Positions 24,365-36,282 of a DNA stretch of 64,000 nt are shown piece by piece. Made by a program: the position numbers and the translations under genes. The DNA comes from Azolla caroliniana. Its lineage: Eukaryota; Plantae; Polypodiophyta. The DNA lies in assembly GCA_043228905.1 (NCBI GenBank), contig JBHGNT010000020.1:3720001-3784000 (forward strand). Reading direction: 5' to 3'. The notes beneath the pieces are model-generated. The model saw only the letters and a list, made by a program, of their open reading frames with translations. It did no database searches and was not told the origin of the DNA. How positions within the stretch are numbered: position 1 is the first letter of the stretch; every line of letters begins with the position of its first letter.

Positions 24365-27085
24365 ATGTCGTCTGAAGAGGAGACACCGGTCGGTTGTAAG
24401 CGCCCTCGTACAAGGTCAGTTACGAAGGCAGTGCAGGAAGCGTTCATTGCGCAAGAACAGCCGGAATCAAGCACAAAGTGGTCGAACCTTCCTGACTTAT
24501 CCGATCAATTACCTTCAGACGAAAAACAGACGGAAGAGGTATCGTTTTACGACATTTGGGATGATATGCCTTATACTTATTCTAAGTTCCGGGAAGGAAC
24601 AGATGCGGAAGCACATGTTAGGGATTTCTTAATGACATGGGAGATTAACCATGGAGCTCAGCGATTGTCGGCAGATGCCGAAGATAAGTCAAAAATCGCT
24701 GAGTTCGTCTTATCATTAGATGGATATTCCGCCAATTGGTTTGCGTAGAATGGTCTTCAAGGATTTCCATCCTTTGAAGTGTTAACTAGTAAATTTTTAC
24801 AATTATTTCATCGACAAATTCCGCAGAAGGATTTGATTGCGCAATTTTATGCGTTATATCAAGAAAAAAATGAAACAGTATCTCAGTTTGTGATACGATT
24901 TCAAAACTTACAGCTTCAGATTTCAAGGCCGATTCCGGATAATGGATTAAAAGAAGCCTTTCTAGAAGCTGTAAAAGAACCATTAAGGACGACATTGAAA
25001 GTGTTCGATTTTTGAAATCAGACTATCGAACAAGTAATTGATAAAGCAATAGAAATGGGTCGACCGCCGGTCAATGTTCAGAGTATGGACATGTCGGCAT
25101 TACAACGTACATTACCAACAATGGAGGACTTACAATTTCGTCAAGCAGTTCAATGCACCACTTGTTTAAATACGGGGCATTCGGCAATTGAATGTACGTT
25201 AAGAACACATTGTACAATATGTCATTCAAAATTACATTCAGTAGAACAATGTGAATATAATCTGCTTAATAAAACTACGGCGTCAGTACGACAAATTTTT
25301 ACTGACAATGGTTACCAAAATAACACTAATCTGTTCAATGGTTATCAAAATAATAATTTTTCACAAAATCAGCAAAATGTACAACAAAATCCAACTTTTC
25401 AACAAAATCCGGTTCTACAGCCAAATCAGATCTTTTCACAACAAAATATGCAACCCACTCAAGTGACTCAAGCATTTCAACCAGGTTTTGCTGAATCCAA
25501 CCCACCATTCGTACAGAATCCGAATCAATATTTTCAACAAAATAATCAAAGTTTCCAACAAGGTAACCCACCATTTCAAGGGTTTCAACAGAACTGTCCG
25601 AATGTGCAACCGAATTCTGCATTTCAACCGAATCCGGCATTTCAACCGGGTAATATGACCTTTCAACATAATACTCAAACCTTTCCACAAAATAATCAAA
25701 TGTTTCAACAGAATAATTTTCCGCCAAATCAGGAGTTCGGGATAACACAAAATGTAGCACAACCAAATGATAATACCGAACAATTTAGGCAGAATCGGTA
25801 TAAAAATAAGAAATTTTACAAACCAAAAGCTACACGTCAATTCCAACAAAACCCGAGTGGTAATGAAGAGCAACAATTTAATAACGGCCAATTTGCACAT
25901 GGAGAGACCGGTGGAACATTTGTACCCACTTGTTATATTTGTCGACAACTAGGCCATTATGCTAATCAATGTCCGGCTAAAGGAAAGGGTCCAGCAGTTA
26001 ATATGGTAATACCGGAAGTTCAGCAAGTAACGACACGCAGCAAAAGCAAACAATCAGAATGGGAAATTCAGGAAGCAGTTCGGAAGGCGGCAAAAGAATG
26101 GGTTGACGAAGCAAATCAAAGTAATGTGAATCGAATGTTACAAGACAATAACATTGACCAGAACATCACTGTACAACAGTCATTGGGGAATAAGGAACAG
26201 GAAGAAACTTGGAAACTATTCGCTGATTGCCAAGTGTCATTGCCACTTACGGGCTTACTTAAGTTAGTACCAAGGTTTACAGAAAAAGTGGTAGCATTAA
26301 TTGCATATAAAGGTTCCGAACAAATAGCAGTACACTACAATCAGCCAAGTAATAACCCTTCGATCATGGATGAACAGAATCCATCGATTAAGGTAATACT
26401 TTACGGGCAAGAAATCGGAAATGTGATTATAGATGGAGGCTCGGGAGTTAATGTGATTAACAAAGCTACATGTGAAAAACTAGGAATCACGGAATGGGAA
26501 GCATGTCCGTTTTGGTTACGAATGGCAGATACAAGTACGGTACGACCGATTGGTTTGCTTCGACAACTGGATGTAATAATCGGGGGACACAGTTTTCAGA
26601 TTTCGGTAGTAATTTTGCAGTTAGAAACACAGGGAGCATACCCCTTGTTATTGGGGAGACCATGGTTAAAGACAGCTAATATCAAACAAAATTGGAAACA
26701 AAATGTGCTAACATTTAGGAAAGGAAAAACTAAGGTCAGGATTCCGACGCACAACAAAGTGACAACAAGCAAACAGAGTTTACCTGTACATGCAGAAGCA
26801 GTTAATATGATGGAAGGATTGGATGAGGAAGAAGAAAGTCAGTATTTTAATGATAATCAGAAAATCATCCCTCTATTTGAGGTAGATATTTTGCAAGCAT
26901 TAACACCATATGTAGACTCACACGAAGAAGTGCCAATAGATGAGCAAACAATGAAAGAAATACGAATGCAACAAGAAGCTACAGATAAGGAAATGAAGGT
27001 ATCTTAGAGAGTGCAAGCCTCAGCATTAGAAGAGATCGATTTGGCAGGAGTAGAGGATGGTGAAAGAAAAACAGTCTTGATTGCT
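24365..27085 (+). pseudogene. gag: Gypsy C gag-protease (single frame, premature stops)
   Basis: ORFs 24365, 24779 and 25055 are in one frame; three CCHC knuckles; IIDGGSG protease motif. Confidence 0.9.
26418..27085 (+). repeat. 668-bp host duplication, copy 1 (copy 2 at 32419-33086)
   Basis: Direct repeat at constant offset 6001 flanking the PLE; about 7 substitutions by eye. Confidence 0.95.
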
Positions 27086-27992
27086 TTTTTAAGATTGCTT
27101 AAAGTGTGCGGCACTTCATCGAGGGTTGTTTGGGGTGGACTCAAGTTTAGATCTTATTTGTATGTCTAACATAAGTAGTGATATAGTTTTAGAAGAATAG
27201 AAAAGTGAGGGCGTGGGTGGGGGTTAGGGGAGTGTAGCTTGTTGAAATTATCAAAAGTATTTAAACCTAATCAAAGTTTTTAGAATATATTAAAGATCAT
27301 TGGGATAACTTAAGTTATTAGACAACAATAACGTACTATTAGAACACCAATATAGAGTATTATTAAAACGGGATCACACGCTTAGATGAACGGGAGTTGT
27401 TTAAACACACGCTTAAGCAAACACTTAAAAGAAAGATTATTATAAAAAATAAAAATAAAAATAAAAATAGAAAAGAGAGATTGAGATTAAAAAATGATTA
27501 TGGTTAAGAAGGGATTATGATTAAGGGGGAAGGGGTTGCTAAACAAAGTACTTAAACGAATGTTTAAACAAATATTTAGATAAGAAAACACTTGGGCAAA
27601 CACTTAACGCAAGGTTAGGATTAAAAGAGAAGGGAGGGATTATGGTTAAAGAAAAGGGGTCATGGTTGAGAAGAGAATGATTATGATTAAGAGAGGAGAA
27701 TACTTAAACAAATGTTTAAACAAAAAGTTAAACCTAAAAATGATTGAACAAGTACTTTAAAAAAAAGGGGTTAAACAAGTACGTAATAAAAATGTTTATT
27801 AAACAAGTACTTAATAGAAAATGATTAAATAAATGCTTAAAAACTTAAGACAAATTTTTTTTTGATAAAAAAGTGATTAAACAAGTACTTAATAAAAATT
27901 TATTAAATAAGTACTTAAGAACTTAAGACAAAAAATTAGATAAGAGCAACACATAGAAGGAAAGAAAGTTTTACTATCATAAGGCAACGAAC

Positions 27993-28031
27993 GACAAATG
28001 CATTTCGCCTCGATGGAGGCTCTTCAGTGCC
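27993..28031 (-). ncRNA. Minimal type-I hammerhead ribozyme
   Basis: Minus strand GGCA-CTGAAGA-GCCTC-CATC-GAGGC-GAAA-TGCA-TT-TGTC: intact core, 5-bp stem II, palindromic stem III. Confidence 0.8.
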
Positions 28032-28198
28032 CGATGTACAAATGATGAAAACTAAGCCTACTAGGTTGCTCTTTTTATAGGGAGAGGGAGGAGAGTCCTT
28101 TGTATGTGGGACATACAAAAGTGTGTACAAAAGGGAAGGTACAAGAGTGTACACAAGACTTTAGGTGGGGGTTAAGAGGGGTGAGAGTACATAAAACA

Positions 28199-30421
28199 TT
28201 AGGTGGGGGGAAAGGATGCGTGTACTAGGTGGTTTCTTAGTTTTTTACCATTTAGCCAACACGTGAGAGGGGGTGTAAGGGAACTGTATTGTGGTTGTCC
28301 TAGAAGGGGTTTAAGTTTGTTTCTCACGAGTGCTCCGATTTGGAGTTTTTTGATACATGGGGAGTATCGAAGCTTAAAAACAATGGGTGGAGGTTTTTTG
28401 TTGTTGGGTTGGTTAGAGAGTAGTTGGTTTCGTATGGAGTAGGGGACGGTCGAAAAACACTTGAGTAGGAACTTCGATGGGTAGCCCCTAGCTCTTAGGC
28501 GGTCGTAGAACTTTTTGCGTAGTTCCATGTAGCCATTTTCCGAGCTCTCCTGGATAGCATACCGTTTTAGTTCGCCCGTGATGAAGCCCTTTTTGTGTGC
28601 TATGGGGTGCGAGGATTTCCACGGGAGGTACATGTAGGCATTGAGAGGTTTTTGGTGGCATGTGGTGTCGAGGATGCCGAATTCTTTAAAGTATGGGCCT
28701 TTGAAGAAGACGACGTCCAGGATGGTGATCTCTTTAGGGGAGGTTGTTGATTCAATACGGATGTGTTGTTGTAGAGGCACGCCGTATTGGTGTAAGAAGG
28801 TGTGAAGTGTATCGGGGGAACCTTTCCAAACTCCTATGGCATCATCGATGTAGCGTTTGTAGTAGAGTAGTTGCGGTGTTTGGAAAGCTAGGTTGTCGTC
28901 CTCTAGCTGCGAAAGAAACAAGCAAGCGTAAACAACTGCAAAATTACTACCCATCGCAGTGCCTTTAATTTGTAACCAAAAAGCATTATTAAAGGAGAGA
29001 AAATTGTTTCTAAGTATTAGTTCGGCAACACTCATAATGATTTTGGTTTTGTGTGGTGGGAAATGATGTGAAATAGATTTTTTAAAAACCAATAGACCTT
29101 CCGTGGTAGGTATACTGGGATATAGTGACACTACGTCAAAAGAAAACAACGTGCAAGTTTTGGGGAAGGTGTGGTGTGCTAGGTCCTTAACAAGTGTTAA
29201 GGAGTCTTTGAGGTGTTGTTTTTTAGACAATAAGACAGGATGTAATAGATGGTGTAGCCATTTAGAGGCTCTTTCGAAAACATAATTGTTGTAGGCGCAA
29301 ATAGGGCGTCCTACAACAATGGGCTTGTGGATTTTGGGGATGATGTAGAAACGACATATCCTGAAACCATGTTTGGGTTTCTGAAGGAGGAATCTAATTT
29401 CCTCATTGGAGAGGTGGGGGGAAGCTTTCAGACATAGGTGTTCAAGTCGACTGTGGAGAGTTTCTAGGGGGACGTCTTTGACGGGGGTGTAAGTGTTTTT
29501 GTCGTTGAGCTGTCTAAGGCATTCGTTAAGGTATCAATCCTTAGAGAGAATGCACGTGCCTAGATTTTTATCCGCGGGTTTAATAACTATGTCTTGATTT
29601 TTTTTGAGATTATGTAGTGCAGTTCTAAAGTTCCTATGAGGGCGAGGTTGGATGGTGGGTGGGGAGGGGAGGGCAGAGGTGATAGATGTGATAGATGTGA
29701 TGGTTTGTGTGATTTCTGGCACGGCTGGGGGATTCCAACGGGGGTTCGGTATTCTAAATGGAGAGATAATGTTAGTAGAGTTTCTAAAGAAATATTTGAG
29801 GCGGTAAGTTCTATCCAAGGATACAACGACATCTATCAATTGTTGTTTTCTAATAGGTTGGGGTGGGGGAATAAAGTCTAGACCTAAGCTTAGAAGTTTG
29901 AGTTGGGGTGGAGGAAGGTGGAAAGAGGAAAGGTTGTGCAATGAGTGATTAGTGATCCTATTCTCGAGCTGGGAGGGTGTTTGCCTTCCCAGTAAAATGT
30001 GGAGGTAGGTTAACGGTTGAAGAAGCGGGAGCCAATGTAATTTTCTAAGTCTACCCCTACGTATTTTCTTGGTAGAGGATTTAGTTTCGGTCCCGTGGTG
30101 CGTGTGTTGGGTGCGCCTTGCGGGACTGGGGGTTGAAGGACTGGGGGTCGAGGAACTGAGGGTCGAGGATAGGACCGTGTGGTGGGTTTGAAGGTCTCGA
30201 AGTGAGACATTGATTGTTTCATAGGTGGGGGTAGGGAGGTAGGTGGTGGTACATTCATCGGGGCAAATATAGGGTACGTGGGGGGCATGGGATGTGTGGG
30301 TGGTACGGGATAAGCATAGCTTTGTCCATAACTTGGGATAAAGGACTGGGTCCTTAAGAAGGAGGTGGGGGCAGTGGGGGATGAATTTGATGCTTTGTGT
30401 GTCCTTGTGCCCTCGTTTTTT
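28199..30421 (-). pseudogene. PLE reverse transcriptase (one premature stop at 29534-29536; no ATG; -1 frame relative to ORF1)
   Basis: NLS...LGLDFIP, IKPADKN, FDVVSLYPSIP, GTAMGS, RYIDD, SSHP..HKKG, RGYP motifs; ends without a GIY-YIG domain. Confidence 0.88.
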
Positions 30422-31914
30422 GTCGGGGGCATAGCCGTGTTTTTTGGATGTGTGTTGGGGTTTTCCTTATTAATTTTCTCTAGGAATGGTTTAAGGTAAT
30501 TGTCTACTTGATTCTTGATCTTTTTTAGCCCATCATCTATTAGAGTATTTATTGTTTTTTCTTTGCCCATCGTCATGGATTTCGAGACGATGGCGTCCTG
30601 GGCTGATTTATTAGCCACTTTAGTTTTAGCTTCTAAGGAAATCTGTATGCTAAATTCTAAGGTGGCTTGCTCTAGGTGGCTATTAAATTTAGCAAAAGTT
30701 TCATTTTTCCAATGTTGGAGTTTTTCCTCCCATTGGTGTGATGTGACAAGGTTGTGCAATGGGATATCCAAGAGCATTGATACAATGTCTTGGAGTCTTT
30801 GCTCAACCGTGGTGGGGAACTTGTTGATAGTTTCAGTAAAACTAATAGCTAGGGTTTTTTGGGCCTCTATTAACGCTAAGGTGCAATTTTTTCTATATTC
30901 TGCAGTGAGATCGTTTAGTTTTTTATTGAGGATATTTTGTGCGTTTTCATTATTTATCGTTACCCTAGGAGGGTTAATGCGCAAGGAGTTAGGGATGAAG
31001 TTCTCCTTGAGATCGGTTTCATATTTATTGAGTACATCTTGGGCTCTATGGCGTTTAGACAAGAGTTCTTTATATTCTAATACGGAGCCTTGGCAAATGG
31101 TGTCAAAGTGGATGGGAATAGGTAAGTTTTCTAAAGAGTTTTGTGCCTCGAGGGGCGGGTTTGAGTTTTCTATGCTAGTTTTTCCCTTTTCTTGTGTGTT
31201 TGGGGTTGTTATTTTCCTTTTACCTTTTTCTTGTGGACGTGGGTTTGTGTGGGTGTGGTGGTCGCTAGAGGACACATGGGCGTGTTCAAAAGGAGATTTT
31301 GTTATTGTAGGCATGCAAAGGGGATCTCCACCACCCCATTCTAGGGGAGGTGAGCTAAAGGTATCAAACAACTTCTGAAAGAAGATGACCTTCTTTGCGG
31401 GCGAGAGTTTGGTGATGAATTCTTTATAACATTCCATTTTAAGGTCTTCTAAGTTTTCTATGAGTGAACTAAATGGAGATTTGGGGGAGGGGGAGGGAAT
31501 GCTTTGCGTGCTACTAGGGCTAGTTCGGGCTAAATCTAGTTGTAGCATCCTAGATGGCGGGGGGATTTTTTTAGGTGGGGATTTGGGGTTGTTAAGACAC
31601 ACATTATATAGATGTTAGATTTCATGTGGGACTTCGTTATTTGTAAATTGACAAGAAAGAGGGTGGGGTGAGTGATCTTCCCTGTTTACAACGATCATTT
31701 GAGTGTTGGCGACGACGTGCTTGAGATTGGTCGTCATTGGTGGAGAATCCGGCACAAAGTCGATGGTGGTTGTGGGTAGATCCGTCGGTATGTCAGCGAT
31801 GGTGGTTGAGGGTGGATCTGTGGGTGCGTCGGCGTTGGGTGTACGACGTTGAATGGATCGTGTTTTGGGTTCTCCTGTTGAGATGTTTGTGGCCATGTAT
31901 CTGTATTGGAACAA
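30010..31914 (-). CDS. PLE ORF1 (helical/coiled-coil core, Pro-rich ends; one in-frame stop at 31615-31617)
   Basis: ORFs 31615-31914 and 30010-31602 are in the same frame directly upstream of the RT. Confidence 0.7.
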
Positions 31915-32423
31915 AAGAGGAGAGAGAGGAGAGAAGGGGAGAAAAAGAGGGAAAGATATGAGAGAGGGAAATATGGTAGTGTGGGGTAGGATGGAGCGTA
32001 TGCTTAGAAGGTTAGGGTTTAGGGTTTTGTAATAGTTGCTAATTTTTGTAGGGGTAAAGTTATTACTATGGAGAATTGAAAGAGTAAGAGAAGTAGAGGG
32101 AAGAAAACCAAGTTTATGGGGGTGTACGACTACTAGAAGGTATAGAATATATGATGTAATAAAAATAGAAATTTATGTTGGTATATGACTACAAGGGATA
32201 TAGTATATATGATATGAAGTGATGAGTGGCAAGCACTAGGGGTATAATATATCAACGCTTTTTTAAGATTGCTTAAAGTGTGCGGCACTTCATCGAGGGT
32301 TGTTTGGGGTGGACTCAAGTTTAGATCTTATTTGTATGTCTAAACATAAGTAGTGATATAGTTTTAGAAGAATAGAAAAGTGAGGGCGTGGGTGGGGGTT
32401 AGGGGAGTGTAGCTTGTTGAAAT

Positions 32424-35400
32424 GTGATTATAGATGGAGGCTCGGGAGTTAATGTGATTAACAAAGCTACATGTGAAAAACTAGGAATCACGGAATGGGA
32501 AGCATGTCCGTTTTGGTTACGAATGGCAGATACAAGTACGGTACGACCGATTGGTTTGCTTCGAAAACTGGATGTAATAATCGGGGGACACAGTTTTCAG
32601 ATTTCGGCAGTAATTTTGCAGTTAGAAACACAGGGAGCATACCCCTTGTTATTGGGGAGACCATGGTTAAAGAAAGCTAATATCAAACAAAATTGGAAAC
32701 AAAATGTGCTAACATTTAGGAAAGGAAAAACTAAGGTCAAGATTCCGACGCACAACAAAGTGACAACAAGCAAACAGAGTTTACCTGTACATGCAGAAGC
32801 AGTTAATATGATGGAAGGATTGGACGAGGAAGAAGAAAGTCAGTATTTTAATGATAATCAGAAAATCATCCCTCTATTTGAGGTAGATATTTTGCAAGCA
32901 TTAACACCATATGTAGACTCACACGAAGAAGTGCCAATAGATGAGCAAACAATGAAAGAAATACGAATGCAACAAGAAGCTACAGATAAGGAAATGAAGG
33001 TATCTCAGAGAGTGCAAGCCTCAGCATTAGAGGAGATCGATTTGGCAGGAGTAGAGGATGGTGAAAGAAAAACAGTCTTGATTGCTAGAGATTTGGCGGA
33101 AAATGACAAACGGACATTAATAACATTACTATTACAATATAAAGATGTTTTTGCATGGTCGTTTGATGATATGAAAGGTCTGGATCCCGCTTTTTGTCAA
33201 CATCAAATCAATTTGCATAAAGATGCAAAGCCAGTACAACAACGCAGGTACAGGTTGAATCCGAATTATGCTATCAAAGTAAAAGAAGAAATCGATAAAC
33301 TCTTAAAAGTAGGATTTATTCGACCCGTCAAAAAATCAACATGGTTGAGTCCGATAGTAGTAGTTCCGAAAAAGAATGGGAAATTTCGCGTATGTGTGAA
33401 TTACAGAAAATTGAATGCAGCGACAATTACGGATGCGTTTCCGTTGCCATTCACAGATGGGATATTAGATGCAGTAGTTGGACATGAAATTTATAGTTTC
33501 TTGGATGGGTTCAGTGGGTACAACCAAGTACGGATGAATCCGGAAGATCAGGAAAAGATAGCTTTTGTCACAGAATGGGGTGTCTTTGTGGCAGTAGTAA
33601 TGATGTTTGGTTTAAAAACAGCTCCAGCTACATTTCAGCGGGTAATACAGGAAATATTCGGGGAATATATTCCAGCTTTCATGCAGGTGTTTTTAGATGA
33701 TTTTGCGGTATATAGTCGGAAAGCTGATCATTTTGAGCATTTACAGCTATGTTTAGAAAAATGTCGAAAAGGGCGTCTTAGCTTAAATCCAGCCAAATGC
33801 GCATTCGGAGTAATGAGTGGTACGTTACTTGGGCATATTGTCAGTCAAGAAGGGATTGCAGTGGACCCAGACAAAGTTAAAGCAATTATTGAGGCAACAC
33901 CACCGACAAATGCTAAAGCTCTAAGTAGATTTTTGGGTCAAATTCGGTGGCACAGTAGAATGATTAGATATCTAGCAGACATTGTTATTCCGTTACACAC
34001 AGCAGTACACAGAGTTCCTTTTATATGGACAAGTATAGAACAAGATGCATACGAATGTCTCAAGAAGATGCTGACAAAGGTTCCGGTAGTCCAACCACCG
34101 GACTGGAACAAACCATTTCATGTTTTCGTCGATGCGTCGGACATTGCCATAGGCAGTGCTTTAATGCAATTATCCGAACCAAACTGGTATAGGCCGGTAT
34201 ACTATGCCAGTAGGAAACTTTCGTCGGCCGAAAGGAACTATTCAACAACCGAAAGAGAAGCTTTGGGAATGATATATAGTGTGAACAAATTTCGACATTA
34301 CCTTTTGGGTAAGAAATTTACATTTCATGTGGATCATTCGGCTCTACTGTATCTAGTTTCCAAACAAGAATTGATAGGCAAGTTAGCCAGGTGGACGTTA
34401 TTGCTTCAAGAGTTTGAATTCAACATTATACATCGACCAGGAGCACAGCACGCGATTGCTGACTATCTCAGTCGACTTGAATCTGGAGAAGAAGCGGTTG
34501 GTGTTAAAGATGATTTTCCAGATACTCAATTATTTCGGGTTGAGGCAATAAAAACACAAGAAATGAATGAGGAAAAAGAGGATGAATGGATTTCCGAAAT
34601 GACGATATTTCTATCAACAGGAATTCCGGCCGAACACATGTCGACAGATGAAAGAAAAAGAATTGCAATACGAAGTCGAAATTTTTGTTTATTTAATGAC
34701 ATGTTGTATCATAAAGGAGCGGATGGAATATGGCGAAGGGCAGTACGGAAATTTGAAAAATTAGCCATATTAACAGAGTCACATTGTGGAATTGTTGGCG
34801 GTCATTACGCAAGAGAAGCAACAGCCAGAAAAATATGGAATAGCGGGTTATGGTGGCCAACGGTGATGAAAGATGCTAACGAATACTGTAAGAAATGCGA
34901 TTTGTGTCAAAGAATGGGGCAACCGACCGAAAAGGATCGAATGCCTTTTCAACCGGTTTTACCTCTTGAGCCATTTCAGAAATGGGGCTTAGATTTTGTT
35001 GGCCCATTCAAACCAGCAGCTGCAAGAACCGGTAATCGATATATCATAATTGCGACTGACTATTGCACAAAATGGGTTGAAGCAAAAGCTCTCAGAGACA
35101 ATACAGCAGCATCAATAGCAAAATTCCTTTATGAAAATATATGGTGTCGATTCGGTTGCCCAATAGAATTGGTAAGCGATCAAGGCACTCATTTTATTAA
35201 CAAGTTAATTCACGAATTAACCAATTATTATGCCGTAGTTCATAAGAAAAGTACGCCTTACTATCCCCAAGCTAATGGATTGGCAGAATCGACAAATAAA
35301 ACAATTCAAACAATTTTAAAGAAAATAGTGAATGAAAATCGTACTGATTGGGATCAAAAGTTAAATAGTGCATTATGGGCATATCGTACTTCGTACAAAA

Positions 35401-35876
35401 CATCCATTAAATCAACACCTTTCTGAATGGCATTCAGACTTGAAGCTGTTATGCCGATCGAATTTCATATTCCGGCACTTCGTATCCAAGCGACGAATAA
35501 GTTAAATGAAATAGAATCGGAGCAGATACGCAAAGAGGCTTTATTAGTATTAGAAGAAGAACGGATTCAATCAATGTCAGCACTAGAACACAAGCAGAGA
35601 CAAATCAAGGCATTCGTAAATCGACATCGAAGGAAATCGAAAGAGCAATTCGAAATTGGGAAACCGGTATTGGTATTCCAGACGAAAATGGGACTTATGC
35701 CTGGGAAACTCCGGTATAGATGGACAGGTCCAGTATGGATAATTAATAGTAAAAATGGTACGTATCAACTGGGATCATTAACCGGAGAGGTTTTACCGAA
35801 ATGGGTAAATGGATTCCGGCTTAAACCGTATTTGGGAGATATGCCGGTAAACCTGTTTATTCAAACGGAAGAATAA
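32424..35876 (+). pseudogene. pol: Gypsy C pol (PR-RT-RH-IN; one stop at 35424-35426)
   Basis: FLDGFSGYNQ, FGLKTAPATFQR, FLDDF, VDASD, HHCC, WGLDFVGP, SDQGTHF, GP motif. Confidence 0.95.
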
Positions 35877-36282
35877 AATTTAAAAAAAAAAAAAAAAAAA
35901 AAGAAGTTCTTGTCAATAGTTCTTGTCAATGCAGAAATAGAATCTTGCCATAACATTCTGAATCGACTATAAATAGGAAGAGGAATTGCATGATTATTAG
36001 TAAGTGGTACAACCACTACACGTAGAGTTAATACTAATTAATTCCTACATTAATAGCAATTACTATTCTTTAGTCATAATGCATAAGTTAATATCTTTAA
36101 AGCATATTTCTGTATCTTCTGTGTCGCCAAAGCAACAGAAACGAGTGCAGATCTCGAAACATTCTGAGCCTTCGTGCCCTAGCTCGCCCAAACTCTGTTT
36201 TTCTGATTTTCATCGCTACAGAAGCTGTGCAGATCTCCAACCGTCATCGACAAGTGATTCAGAACAAGCAAACACAGAAGTC

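Larger units (their letters stand above)
27083..32423 (-). mobile_element. Endonuclease-deficient Penelope-like element (PLE)
   Basis: PLE-type RT, upstream ORF1, hammerhead ribozyme, 166/167-bp direct terminal redundancy (27083-27248 and 32257-32423). Confidence 0.88.

Noticed and set aside
27100-27125. Second hammerhead in the PLE terminal repeat (minus strand TCGATGAAG...)
   Set aside because: Lacks CTGA and a correctly placed GAAA
30515-31378. 287-aa + strand ORF
   Set aside because: Antisense shadow of PLE ORF1 with no recognisable motifs; the same applies to most short opposite-strand ORFs
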